A DNA stretch of 64,000 bases. It comes from Macrostomum hystrix (Eukaryota > Animalia > Platyhelminthes). Each line of letters opens with the position of its first letter. The stretch's first letter is position 1. Positions 1 to 12,803 of this stretch are shown in pieces. The stretch covers positions 2,542,001-2,606,000 of the forward strand of contig CATNEN010000041.1 of the NCBI GenBank assembly GCA_950097015.1, read 5' to 3'. Made by a program: the position numbers and the translations under genes. Below the pieces are notes generated by a model, which searched no databases, had not been told where the DNA came from, and saw only the letters and a program-made list of their open reading frames with translations.

Positions 1-41
1 CTGTACTCAGGGTGAGTCATCAGCTGGACACCACAATCGGC

Positions 42-843
42 CAACAACAACAACAAAGCACACCGCAGTGGAACAGAGTACAGTTCACAAAGGGCGGTGT
101 CAGATCAGTTTTCTCAGTGCGAGCTCTCTGAAGGCTGCAACAGCGTTTAGCAGGCAAGCAGGCACGTAGCGGCGCGTCCGGCCATGTACCCGGCGCCAGG
201 GACCCTGCATTGTGAGCAGCAGGACGTCCTACACCAATTGGGGGCAGTAGGCTTCCGCGCGGATTATGTGGCCCGCCAGTTCAAGCACCAAGCGGAGGAT
301 CTCGCTTGGTGGCCGCAGCCCTCCGCACTGGTAAAGGACTGCGTTGGAGACTGCGTCCGGGTAGCTGATGCTGAAGGTGGCTCGCAACAGGGCCAAGTGT
401 GCTGCGTCCAGCCTCTTCTCCAGAGCCTCAGTCAACGGCCAGGTCTTGGCATTGTAGGTCAGGACGGTTTCGACTACCGCCTGGAATAGTCGAGCCCTCA
501 GGCGGTCTGGCAGCGCGGTGTTCTGCAGGACGACCCGCATAGAGCGGAAGGCCCAGGCCAGGCCATTGCGTCGCATCAAGTCGTCTTGGACACTGGGTAC
601 AAGACCGCTGAGGTACGTGAAGCGCGTGCATCGAGGAATTATTGATTCGACCTGCTGCAAATGGCTGCATGACCGTCGGCGCCCCGGCAAACGATGTTGG
701 TTGGCAGCTCCGCTGGTACAGTCAGCCTCTAAGTCTTTTCAATGTTCACCGCTAGCCCTACCGATGCCGCAAACGCCACCAGGCTGTCCAGCATGCGCTG
801 AGTTCCTTCAGCCGTCGAGGCAAGCAGCGCCAGCAGCGAGCAG
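42..843 (-). mobile_element. RTE-clade non-LTR retrotransposon, 3' remnant (RT C-terminal part)
   Basis: Minus-strand translation gives LALLASTAEGTQRMLDSLVAFAASVGLAVNIEKT and RFTYLSGLVP..LAWAFRSMRVVL..RARLFQAVVETVLTYNAKTW, typical of RTE RT after YADD. It has stops and frameshifts, and a (TTG)n tail at ~44-58. It probably continues at ~3211-3320 beyond the inserted LINE. Confidence 0.75.
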
Positions 844-3209
844 TGCCGGCGTCACAAGTCTTTGCCACAAGTCTCTTGCAAGCCGGACCGATTGGCAGCT
901 GCAGGAGGACTCAGGTTCGGACCACCTGCTCACCACTCTTCTCACCATCCGCCATAGCCATCCATCATCCAAGATCCATCATCCACCATCCATCAGTGCA
1001 GCTAACCGAGCAGGCGCCGCACGCCGGGCCTGGGCGAAGGCGGACTGGCCCGACTTCCGCTCCCGAACGGAGGCCGCCCTCGCCGGCCTGAAGGAACAAC
1101 CTGATTCGGTCCGTGAAAAAACCGACTACTGACCGAGGCTATTAATGCGGCCGACAAGGCGTCCATCCCATGAGGTGCCCGACCCTCCGCTAAGGTCTGG
1201 TGTACTCTAGAGGTCGAGGAAGCTGTGAAGGCACGCAGGTCCGCCCGGGCTACTGCTGCAAACGAACCGTCGGAACGGCCAGCCTGGAGCAGGGCCTGCG
1301 CAGAAGCTAAGAAGACCATCGCAGACGCTAAGCGCGACAGCTGGAGGGCCGTTGCCAGCAAGGTGGCAGCGGGCACCGAACAATCGAAGATCTGGCGATT
1401 ATTCTGCTCTTTAGACGGAAAGAATGCCAACCCGCAGCGAGATGCGCGGTGCTGCGGGTAGGCTCCGAGGGACATCGCCGATGCTTACGCCTGCGAATAC
1501 GCTGCCGTCAGTCGCCTACCGCAAGACCAGAGGACGTTAGTCCTCCGCCGTGAAATGCACCGTCGACACGACCCACAAGCTAACACTGACCACCAAGAGA
1601 GCTCGGACTTCGGCAAGCCCTTCACGCAGCGAGAATTCGACAGAGCCTTACGCTCCCTCCCACACAGGAAGGCGCCCGGACCAGACGAGATCTGCGCCGA
1701 GCACCTACAGCACCTTGGGCCCACTGGCCGGCGGGCGCTAATGCAACTGATCAATGCGTCTTGGTCTCAAGGGGAGGTCCCCGCGGCGTGGTGTAGAGCC
1801 CACATTGTGCCGATCCTGAAGAAAGGCAAACCGGCCGACCAGATCGGCTCATACCGACCAATTGTCCTGAACTCGACCCTGGCCAAGCTAGCCGAGCGAT
1901 TAGTGCAAGCGAGACTCTACTGGTGGGTCGAATGCCGCCACCTGCCGAACCCTGCGCAGGCCGGCTTCCGCAAGCGGCGTAGCACAGATGATCAGATCGC
2001 AAGACTCACTCAACTCATCAACGACCTCCCGGATCAGATGCCGAACGAGTGCACACCCTTCCTGTACGCGGATGACCTGGCCGGCCATCACAGTCCAGGG
2101 CCTAACCGTAGAGGAGGCAGAGGCAATAGCGCAGCAGGGTATGGACGCAGTTTCTGAATGGTCGAGAAAGTGGCGGATGGAGCTGGCCCCCAGCAAGCGC
2201 GCTGCTTCGCTGTTTACTACCACAGCCACAGCCCGCTGAGGCGTCCTGGCAGTGCTATCCGGCAGCAAGTGGGGAGCCAAGCAGAGCGACGTACGCCAGC
2301 TTTACAAGGCTTTTGTTTGACCAGTTCTAGAGTACGCCGGCGGTGCCTGAATTCCATCGACCTGCAAGACGGCCATCGACCACCTGGACGGGGCGCAGCA
2401 CCTGGGCGCGCACTTCATCACCGGATGCCCGCGGAACACCAAGGCAGAAGTTAGGGAGCGCGAAGCCGGGCTGCCGCCGATGACCCTGCGTGCGGAGATG
2501 TACGCTGGCCTCCTCTACGAACGCGCTGCCCGGCTGCCCCCAGAAAAGCCACTGCGCGAATGTGCCACCAGCGATGGCCCCGCCGCCGCCTACAGAACGC
2601 CCGAGGATGGCCCTAAGGGTCTATGGGTCAGAAATGCTGCAGGACTGAGTGGCCCTGGCTCCTCAGGCGTTACCACGGTCGACAACATCTGCACAAGTCT
2701 CGCCTCACTAGCAGCAGCTGGCACCTCTGTTCACCTCCAGTGGATCCCGGGCCATGCGGGCATCCCCAGCAATGAGGCGGCCGACAGTCTTGCCAAGAAA
2801 GGATCAACACTGACGCAAGACGCTACCTGCATCTCGATCTCTGCGGCGCAGGCGGCCATCCGCCGTCACTGCCTCGGCCGTTGGAACGAGACCTACGGCA
2901 CGGCTGCTGCCGGTGCAGCGGCCTCGAGCTCGCTGTCCTGGCACGCCGCCTGCACCGGTGGGCGCCACCCGAATAAGCCAGCTCAGAACCTCTCGCGGCA
3001 GCAAAAGAGGCTAATTTTTCAGCTGCGCGCCAAACGCTGCTCCGCCCTGCGAGGATTCCAGGCCGTCATCGGCCTTCAAGTGGCGCCAACCTACCGTCTG
3101 GACATTTTCGCCAACTGCAACGCTGTGCTCGAAATCCTTGGGAAGGCGGGCATCCTCTGACACCCGATGCTATAGGCCTTGGCCCGCGCACACCCGAAGA
3201 AGAAGAAGA
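844..3209 (+). mobile_element. Decayed, 5'-truncated Ingi/I-group LINE (APE end, RT, RNase H)
   Basis: Fragments: EDSGSDHLL (APE end), ADWPDF, KAPGPDEI..WCRAHIVPILKKGKP..SYRPI..QAGFR..LYADD (RT) and LQWIPGHAGIPSNEAADSLAKKG (RNase H). Many frameshifts and deletions; (GAA)4 tail at 3196-3207; possible degenerate TSD at 824-843 and 3211-3227. Confidence 0.85.
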
Positions 3210-3541
3210 TGCGGCGCTGGCGAGCAGCCGAAGGCGACGCTGAGGGGAAGGGACGGCTGGGGCAGATGAGGTCGCTTGTTCGAATCTGGCGACTCATGGG
3301 GCGGCTCAGTGGGCTAGTCACAGTGTCAATGGGCTAGTCACAATGTCAGTGGCAGTTGGTGAGCAGATGAGCACAACACTTGCCTGCTGCAGATGCGAGT
3401 GACCCTGTCCAAAAACCTGCGCTGTGACACCACGGGCGCCCCGAACTTTGACTCAGAGGACGATCAGAAAGAATAAATTGAATAGGTAAAACTTTAATCA
3501 CACAGGTAAACCAATGATCGAAATTAAACTATCAATCAGCT

Positions 3542-3830
3542 GGAAGTTCCCCTTTTCTAGAACAATAGAGAGTGTATAAAGTATATGTGGAAGTTCCCCT
3601 TTTCTAGAACAATAGAGAGTGTACTTCGGATAAAGCATATGTGGAAGTTCCCCTTTTCTAGAACGATAGAGAGTGTATAAAGTATATATGGAAGTTCCCC
3701 TTTTCTAGAACAATAGAGAGTGTACTTCGGATAAAGTATATGTGGAAGTTCCCCTTTTCTAGAACAATGGAGAGTGTACTTCGGATAAAGCATATGTGGA
3801 AGTTCCCCCATATGGAAGAACATATGGGGG
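3542..3830. repeat. Minisatellite of 47- and 54-bp units ending in a 10-bp hairpin
   Basis: Units start GGAAGTTCCCCTTTTCTAGAAC at 3542, 3589, 3643, 3690, 3744 and 3798. CCCCCATATG-GAAGAA-CATATGGGGG lies at 3805-3830. Confidence 0.9.
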
Positions 3831-4094
3831 CATGTTCATTCAACTGTACTCTGAATAGGAAGAGCTTGTGCGCGAATCCTCCCCATTACTGTCAAATTCA
3901 CTATTGTCTCTTCAGATTCTGTACTACTCTCTTCCCAATCTTCATCATTTACGTTAAAATCTAATTCTAGAATTTCGTCAACGTCTAATTGGTAAAGTTG
4001 GATTTCTTTCGATCAAGAAATGTAAGTGATACCTTACAATTACAATTACAACCCGATTTATGGGTGGCTTTCACAAGACCGAAATTTCATAAGA

Positions 4095-4470
4095 CCCCAG
4101 TTTATTACAGTGACAGTTTTCCTATTCCCCAGTTTATTGCAGTGTCTGTTTCCTATTCCCCAGTTTATTACAGTGTCAGTTTTCCTATTCCCCAGTTTAT
4201 TGCAGTGTCAGTTTTCTATTCCCCAGTTTATTGCAGTGTCAGTTTTCTATTCCCCAGTTTATTGCAGTGTCAGTTTTCCTATTCCCCAGTTTTTTGCAGT
4301 GTCAGTTTTCTATTCCCCAGTTTATTGCAGTGTCAGTTTTCCTATTCCCCAGTTTATTGCAGTGTCTGTTTTCCTATTCCCCAGTTTATTGCAGTGTCAG
4401 TTTTCCTATTCCCCAGTTTATTGCAGTGTCAGTTTTCTATTCCCCAGTTTATTGCAGTGTCTGTTTTCCT
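4095..4470. repeat. 28-29-bp minisatellite (CAGTGTCAGTTTTCCTATTCCCCAGTTTATTG-like)
   Basis: About 13 tandem copies visible directly. Confidence 0.95.
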
Positions 4471-5246
4471 TCTGACGTGGAGTCGTTTTTAATTCTGCCT
4501 TCGGCCAAGTAGCATTCCTCGAAGGTGTCGAGAGCAGGTGGGGTTGTTGGAATCTGGTGCTTAGCTGTCATTTTCATGGGGCTGCAGAAGTATGTCTAAC
4601 GCAAAACCGAATGACCGCAGAGGGTGCCATGGGCAGAATCAGTGGAACAGGTCCGTGCTCCAGCACGGGTTGAAGCAAAAATAAGTATCTAATCAGCAGG
4701 CAGTTAGCTCGAAAAAAACTGTAGTTTTCAAAGTCAAATCCAGATTACCCTGTGACCCTGTACCTCTAGACGCTCTGACCACTGGAGGAAAGCACTGATA
4801 GCTAACTGATCATTTCATTTCAAAGCAGAAATGTTTCAAACTACAGAATAAATTGAGATTATTTATATATATATATGAGTACAATTATACATTACAATAG
4901 GGCGCGCATGTTCTTCATCTACTCAACTCTCAGTATATTTATTAGTGTTTCTGAGATACGCTAAGTGACCATAGTACAGGTTGTGAATAAAAAATAGAGT
5001 CATGCAACCCTGTAGCGTGCAACTATTGAATTTTCTATAATATCTAAAGACGATAACAGATAACCCAGATAATATTTACATTAGTTACAGCACGAGCTGC
5101 AATTTCAGGCTCAGTCTTCGCAAACATCCGCTTTGAGTCTGTGATCGGCAAAGTCGTCACACCGCCAGCTGCTTCTGTCGCTCGATGCGGTCCGCCTTGA
5201 GCAGCGAGATGCTCGACGACAGCGGCTTGGCGTCCGGACCGCCGTC

Positions 5247-5763
5247 CTAAATCACCTGCGCATCGTTGGCGCCGTGGCAGACGCGGATGAAGGCCAGGTC
5301 CTTGGCGATGTCGTCGAAGCTGCGGCTCTTGGTCTCCGGCATGCAGATGAAGAAGAAGAAGATCCAGATGGGCACCACAACGCCAAGGTGGATGAGGAAC
5401 ACGTAGTTCTCGATGGCCAGCTTCACGAAGGTGGTGGACATCAGCAGGTTGGAGATCCACTGGACGCCCTGGCTGAACGAGTAGGCGGCTCTGCGGGGCT
5501 CCTGGCGGAAGACGATGAAGCCGGGAATCGTGCCCGGGCGGAAGGCGAGGCCGCCGGAGTACACAAAGATGAACACCATGGAAGGTGGTGGAGGCGCCGT
5601 ACTTCACACTGTGGGAGTCTTGACCAGGACGGCGCTGACGCAGCGGACCATGAGGCTGACAGCCAGCACCGCCGACGGCACCATCAGGAGGGTCCGGCGG
5701 CCGAACTTCTCCAGCAGCGGCAGCGAGATGATGGTGCATAGCACGTTGAAGAAGCTGAAACTG
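5247..5763 (-). pseudogene. SLC2A/GLUT-type MFS sugar transporter, C-terminal exon, disrupted
   Basis: Motifs LLEKFGRRTLL, PGTIPGFIV, RQEPRRAA, QWISN and MPETKSRSFDDI match SLC2 TM8-12. A frameshift separates the two ORF pieces and the usual AEL/AEI residues before F-RQ are missing. There is a CCCCAG acceptor at 5764-5765, and no upstream exons were recognised. Confidence 0.75.
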
Positions 5764-6002
5764 CTGGGGAAGAGGCGGGTGTGAGGCGGAGAGGCGGATC
5801 CCCTCCCTGCGCGAGTGTCTGTATGAATTCTCCTCCCGCTCATGCGGTGGGGAGAAGTCAGTGGGGAGAAGTCAGTGGGGAGAAGAGGGTTGGTCATGAA
5901 GAAGACGGCAAACCCCAATCGAAATGTTACAGAGCTGGAATGACTGTGAGAAAGCGGACCTTTGGTCACTTTGGGTGCCTCTTGAAAATACTGAATCAAC
6001 TG

Positions 6003-6098
6003 CATGACTCATGACATGACCCATGACTCATGACCCATGACTCATGACCCATGACTCATGACCCATGACTCATGACCCATGACTCATGACCCATGACT
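6003..6098. repeat. 7/14-bp tandem repeat (CATGACT/CATGACC)
   Basis: Direct tandem copies. Confidence 0.9.
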
Positions 6099-6579
6099 CA
6101 AAAAGGCTAAATTCCAATCATAAAAAAGTCATTTTCCCATTTTGTAAAATGTGAGACATTTTAACAGTGTCGGGAGCATTTTGAAATGTTAGACATTTTG
6201 TAAACCCTGTTACACGGGGGAACTTAACGCTATTCTGTCAGTCTCCATTGTTCTCTGAAAAATGTGAAAGGGAACTACGTTGTCTATACGTGATAGAGTC
6301 TCCAATTATTCTCTGAAAAAAGAAAATTGCCATATGTGTACTCTCAAAACGTTGCCTATACGTGATCCAACAGTACTCAAAATGTCTTCCAATATTCTAG
6401 TCGCTATTGAAAACCATTTTATTCTCCCAACCGCCTATGAAAAAAGTCTAGCCTGCCTGCCAGCTAGCTATGCATTGCAAGTTCAGTTACCAAGATTATT
6501 GATTTTGCTTGCTGTTGAGGCAGCTTCTCTTCCAGGCTAATTCTATGGCTGAACAGTTAAGCAATGCAGGGCGGCGTGG

Positions 6580-6803
6580 GCTTTTGGGCTGGGGGACGGG
6601 GCAGGTGGGGCTGGGGCGTCACTGCGGTCCTGCTGTTGCCTGCCACGTCAGTCCGTGAGCAAAGAGGGGTTTTGAGAATATTATATAAGTCGGAGCGGAG
6701 CGCGGAAAAAACGTTATTGAAGAGCTAGAGCCTTGAACTTGCGTCTCTGACCTTCGGCTTTGCTGCGACCCGGCTTTAGAAGACTCCGCTTTCAGAGGTG
6801 AGT
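6580..6803 (+). promoter_or_regulatory. Putative Pol II promoter and non-coding first exon
   Basis: GC-box-like G-runs at ~6580-6620, TATATAAG at 6682-6689, and a consensus donor AG|GTGAGT at 6798. The link to the ORF at 12804 is inferred. Confidence 0.4.
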
Positions 6804-7303
6804 CTGAAAATCCAAGTAAAGATTCCAATTGCCATTCATCGCTAATAGGAAGATAGTTGGCAGATCCCCCGTGAGAACTGTGCTCAGTTTCGGAGTTCTA
6901 AGGTGCCTAGATAAAGTAGTTTGCCTGAATGAACTTTCGGCTGAAGTTCGGCTAAGCGTCAGAAATATGGTTTCAGTGCTTGTTTGCTTGAGCGCTTCTC
7001 TCCATCGCTGCCTTTCAGGTTTCCAACTCTGGCAGTCGTGCTTGCTTGACTGACTGTTGACCAGTTGAGCCAGCTTTCCCAGCTGCTCAGGTCCCTGTAT
7101 GCTAGCCAGAAGCGCTGAGAAGAATTAGGAATAGCTGTCAGATCACCTCTGAGAACAGTGCTCAGCTTGAGTCTTCAAACTCAATCTGTAACTGCTTCAA
7201 GGCTAGGAGTTCGATGGAGCCTAGTTCCATTGGATAAGCTAAATACTCTTAATTAAGATTCGTTCGCAGTCAACCATTCCCAAGTGAGAAGGAAGTCCAA
7301 TAG

Positions 7304-10300
7304 AGGGAAGACATTGCGGTTCTGGATTCTGGAGGGAAGACATTGTGGTTCTGGATTCTGGAGGGAAGACATTGTGGTTCTGGATTCTGGAGGGAAGACA
7401 TTGCGGTCCAGGATTTCTGGAGGGAAGACATTGCGGTCCAGGATTTCTGGAGGGAAGACATTGCGGTCCAGGATTTCTGGAGGGAAGACATTGCGGTCCA
7501 GGATTTCTGTAGGGAAGACATTGCGGTCCAGGATTTCTGGAGGGAAGACATTGCGGTCAAGGATTTCTGGAGGGAAGACATTGTGCTTCTGGATTCTGGA
7601 GGGAAGACATTGCGGTTCTGGATTTCTGGAGGGAAGACATTGCGGTCAAGGATTTCTGGAGGGAAGACATTGCGGTTCTGGATTCTGGAGGGAAGACATT
7701 GTGGTTCTGGATTCTGGAGGGAAGACATTGTGGTTCTGGATTCTGGAGGGAAGACATTGCGGTCCAGGATTTCTGGAGGGAAGACATTGCGGTCCAGGAT
7801 TTCTGGAGGGAAGACATTGCGGTCCAGGATTTCTGGAGGGAAGACATTGCGGTTCTGGATTTCTGGAGGGAAGACATTTGGTTCTGGATTCTGGAGGGAA
7901 GACATTGTTTCTGGAGGGAAGACATTGCGGTCAAGGATTTCTGGAGGGAAGACATTGTGCTTCTGGATTCTGGAGGGAAGACATTGCGGTTCTGGATTTC
8001 TGGAGGGAAGACATTGCGGTCAAGGATTTCTGGAGGGAAGACATTGCGGTTCTGGATTCTGGAGGGAAGACATTGTGGTTCTGGATTCTGGAGGGAAGAC
8101 ATTGTGGTTCTGGATTCTGGAGGGAAGACATTGCGGTCCAGGATTTCTGGAGGGAAGACATTGCGGTCCAGGATTTCTGGAGGGAAGACATTGCGGTCCA
8201 GGATTTCTGGAGGGAAGACATTGCGGTCCAGGATTTCTGGAGGGAAGACATTGCGGTCCAGGATTTCTGTAGGGAAGACATTGCGGTCCAGGATTTCTGG
8301 AGGGAAGACATTGCGGTCAAGGATTTCTGGAGGGAAGACATTGTGGTTCTGGATTCTGGAGGGAAGACATTGCGGTTCTGGATTTCTGGAGGGAAGACAT
8401 TGCGGTCAAGGATTTCTGGAGGGAAGACATTGCGGTTCTGGATTCTGGAGGGAAGACATTGCGGTTCTGGATTCTGGAGGGAAGACATTGCGGTTCTGGA
8501 TTCTGGAGGGAAGACATTGCGGTTCTAGGATTCTGGAGGGAAGACATTGCGGTCTAGGATTTCTGGAGGGAAGACATTGCGGTTCCAGGATTTCTGGAGG
8601 GAAGACATTGCGGTCCAGGATTTCTGGGAGGGAAGACATTGTGGTTCTGGATTCTGGAGGGAAGACATTGTGGTTCTGGATTCTGGAGGGAAGACATTGT
8701 GGTTCTGGATTCTGGAGGGAAGACATTGCGGTCCAGGATTTCTGGAGGGAAGACATTGCGGTCCAGGATTTCTGGAGGGAAGACATTGCGGTCCAGGATT
8801 TCTGGAGGGAAGACATTGCGGTCCAGGATTTCTGTAGGGAAGACATTGCGGTCCAGGATTTCTGGAGGGAAGACATTGCGGTCAAGGATTTCTGGAGGGA
8901 AGACATTGTGCTTCTGGATTCTGGAGGGAAGACATTGCGGTTCTGGATTTCTGGAGGGAAGACATTGCGGTCAAGGATTTCTGGAGGGAAGACATTGCGG
9001 TTCTGGATTCTGGAGGGAAGACATTGTGGTTCTGGATTCTGGAGGGAAGACATTGTGGTTCTGGATTCTGGAGGGAAGACATTGCGGTCCAGGATTTCTG
9101 GAGGGAAGACATTGCGGTCCAGGATTTCTGGAGGGAAGACATTGCGGTCCAGGATTTCTGGAGGGAAGACATTGCGGTCCAGGATTTCTGTAGGGAAGAC
9201 ATTGCGGTCCAGGATTTCTGGAGGGAAGACATTGCGGTCAAGGATTTCTGGAGGGAAGACATTGTGCTTCTGGATTCTGGAGGGAAGACATTGCGGTTCT
9301 GGATTTCTGGAGGGAAGACATTGCGGTCAAGGATTTCTGGAGGGAAGACATTGCGGTTCTGGATTCTGGAGGGAAGACATTGTGGTTCTGGATTCTGGAG
9401 GGAAGACATTGTGGTTCTGGATTCTGGAGGGAAGACATTGCGGTCCAGGATTTCTGGAGGGAAGACATTGCGGTCCAGGATTTCTGGAGGGAAGACATTG
9501 CGGTCCAGGATTTCTGGAGGGAAGACATTGCGGTCCAGGATTTCTGGAGGGAAGACATTGCGGTCCAGGATTTCTGGAGGGAAGACATTGCGGTCCAGGA
9601 TTTCTGGAGGGAAGACATTGCGGTCAAGGATTTCTGGAGGGAAGACATTGCGGTTCTGGATTCTGGAGGGAAGACATTGCGGTTCTGGATTCTGGAGGGA
9701 AGACATTGCGGTTCTGGATTCTGGAGGGAAGACATTGCGGTTCTGGATTCTGGAGGGAAGACATTGCGGTCTAGGATTTCTGGAGGGAAGACATTGCGGT
9801 CCAGGATTTCTGGAGGGAAGACATTGCGGTCCAGGATTTCTGGAGGGAAGACATTGTGGTTCTGGATTCTGGAGGGAAGACATTGTGGTTCTGGATTCTG
9901 GAGGGAAGACATTGTGGTTCTGGGTTCTGGAGGGAAGACATTGCGGTCCAGGATTTCTGGAGGGAAGACATTGCGGTCCAGGATTTCTGGAGGGAAGACA
10001 TTGCGGTCCAGGATTTATGGAGGGAAGACATTGCGGTCCATGATTTCTGGAGGGAAGACATTGCGGTCCAGGATTTATGGAGGGAAGACATTGTGGTCCA
10101 GGATTTCTGGAGGGAAGACATTGCGGTCCAGGATTTATGGAGGGAAGACATTGCGGTCCAGGATTTCTGGAGGGAAGACATTGCGGTCCAGGATTTCTGG
10201 AGGGAAGACATTGCGGTCCAGGATTTATGGAGGGAAGACATTGCGGTCCATGATTTCTGGAGGGAAGACATCGCGGTTCAGGATTTATGGAGGGAAGACA

Positions 10301-12588
10301 TTGTGGTCCAGGATTTATGGAGGGAAGACATTGCGGTCCAGGATTTATGGAGGGAAGACATTGCGGTCCAGGATTTCTGGAGGGAAGACATTGCGGTCCA
10401 GGATTTATGGAGGGAAGACATTGCGGTCCATGATTTCTGGAGGGAAGACATCGCGGTCCAGGATTTATGGAGGGAAGACATTGCGGTCCAGGATTTCTGG
10501 AGGGAAGACATTGCGGTCCAGGATTTCTGGAGGGAAGACATTGCGGTCCAGGATTTATGGAGGGAAGACATTGCGGTCCATGATTTCTGGAGGGAAGACA
10601 TCGCGGTCCAGGATTTATGGAGGGAAGACATTGTGGTCCAGGATTTATGGAGGGAAGACATTGCGGTCCAGGATTTATGGAGGGAAGACATTGCGGTCCA
10701 GGATTTCTGGAGGGAAGACATTGCGGTCCAGGATTTATGGAGGGAAGACATTGCGGTCCATGATTTCTGGAGGGAAGACATCGCGGTCCAGGATTTATGG
10801 AGGGAAGACATTGTGGTCCAGGATTTATGGAGGGAAGACATTGCGGTCCAGGATTTATGGAGGGAAGACATTGCGGTCCAGGATTTCTGGAGGGAAGACA
10901 TTGCGGTCCAGGATTTCTGGAGGGAAGACATTGCGGTCCAGGATTTATGGAGGGAAGACATTGCGGTCCAGGATTTCTGGAGGGAAGACATTGCGGTCCA
11001 GGATTTCTGGAGGGAAGACATTGCGGTCCAGGATTTATGGAGGGAAGACATTGCGGTCCATGATTTCTGGAGGGAAGACATTGCGGTCCAGGATTTATGG
11101 AGGGAAGACATTGTGGTCCAGGATTTATGGAGGGAAGACATTGCGGTCCAGGATTTATGGAGGGAAGACATTGCGGTCCAGGATTTCTGGAGGGAAGACA
11201 TTGCGGTCCAGGATTTATGGAGGGAAGACATTGCGGTCCATGATTTCTGGAGGGAAGACATCGCGGTCCAGGATTTATGGAGGGAAGACATTGTGGTCCA
11301 GGATTTATGGAGGGAAGACATTGCGGTCCAGGATTTATGGAGGGAAGACATTGCGGTCCAGGATTTCTGGAGGGAAGACATTGCGGTCCAGGATTTATGG
11401 AGGGAAGACATTGCGGTCCATGATTTCTGGAGGGAAGACATCGCGGTCCAGGATTTATGGAGGGAAGACATTGTGGTCCAGGATTTATGGAGGGAAGACA
11501 TTGCGGTCCAGGATTTCTGGAGGGAAGACATTGCGGTCCAGGATTTCTGGAGGGAAGACATTGCGGTCCAGGATTTCTGGAGGGAAGACATTGCGGTCCA
11601 GGATTTCTGGAGGGAAGACATTGCGGTCCAGGATTTATGGAGGGAAGACATTGCGGTCCATGATTTCTGGAGGGAAGACATCGCGGTCCAGGATTTATGG
11701 AGGGAAGACATTGTGGTCCAGGATTTATGGAGGGAAGACATTGCGGTCCAGGATTTCTGGAGGGAAGACATTGCGGTCCAGGATTTCTGGAGGGAAGACA
11801 TTGCGGTCCAGGATTTATGGAGGGAAGACATTGCGGTCCATGATTTCTGGAGGGAAGACATCGCGGTCCAGGATTTATGGAGGGAAGACATTGTGGTCCA
11901 GGATTTATGGAGGGAAGACATTGCGGTCCAGGATTTATGGAGGGAAGACATTGCGGTCCAGGATTTCTGGAGGGAAGACATTGCGGTCCAGGATTTATGG
12001 AGGGAAGACATTGCGGTCCAGGATTTCTGGAGGGAAGACATTGCGGTCCAGGATTTATGGAGGGAAGACATTGCGGTCCAGGATTTATGGAGGGAAGACA
12101 TTGCGGTCCAGGATTTATGGAGGGAAGACATTGTGGTCCAGGATTTATGGAGGGAAGACATTGCGGTCCAGGATTTATGGAGGGAAGACATTGCGGTCCA
12201 GGATTTCTGGAGGGAAGACATTGCGGTCCAGGATTTCTGGAGGGAAGACATTGCGGTCCAGGATTTCTGGAGGGAAGACATTGCGGTCCAGGATTTCTGG
12301 AGGGAAGACATTGCGGTCCAGGATTTATGGAGGGAAGACATTGCGGTCAAGGATTTCTGGAGGGAAGACATTGTGGTTCTGGATTCTGGAGGGAAGACAT
12401 TGCGGTTCTGGATTTCTGGAGGGAAGACATTGCGGTCCAGGATTTATGGAGGGAAGACATTGCGGTTCTGGATTTCTGGAGGGAAGACATTGCGGTCCAG
12501 GATTTATGGAGGGAAGACATCGCGGTCCAGGATTTATGGAGGGAAGACATTGCGGTCCAGGATTTATGGAGGGAAGACATCGCGGTCC
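7304..12588. repeat. 5.3-kb satellite of 29-30-bp units (AGGGAAGACATTGCGGTCCAGGATTTCTGG) with higher-order structure
   Basis: More than 170 tandem units. Mixed 29/30-mers in the left half; pure 30-mers from ~9930 to 12360 with a recurring 6-unit (180-bp) variant pattern. Confidence 0.98.
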
Positions 12589-12803
12589 CGGAGTAAAAAA
12601 ACTAACGCACTGCATGGGTCAGAAATATAAATTCAGAGCTTACGCACTAAGTTGATAAATTGCTGTCAATTTTCACTGCTGTCTTTCAGGTTTCCAACTC
12701 GGCCTGTCGTGTTTGCTTCACTGGCTACTGAGCAGTTGAGCCTGCTCTCCCAGCTGCTCGGTTCACTGTTTGCCGGTTAAAAGCGCTGAGTTGGACTCAC
12801 GCG

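Noticed and set aside
3542-3800. Resemblance of the unit to an FRT site (GAAGTTCC..TCTAGAA)
   Set aside because: Only a partial half-site matches, the inverted second arm is absent, and no tyrosine recombinase is nearby.
7270-12655. Very long ORFs (up to 1091 aa) in the satellite, and similar ORFs in other arrays
   Set aside because: They are open in several frames on both strands because the repeat unit lacks stops; there is no codon or domain signal.
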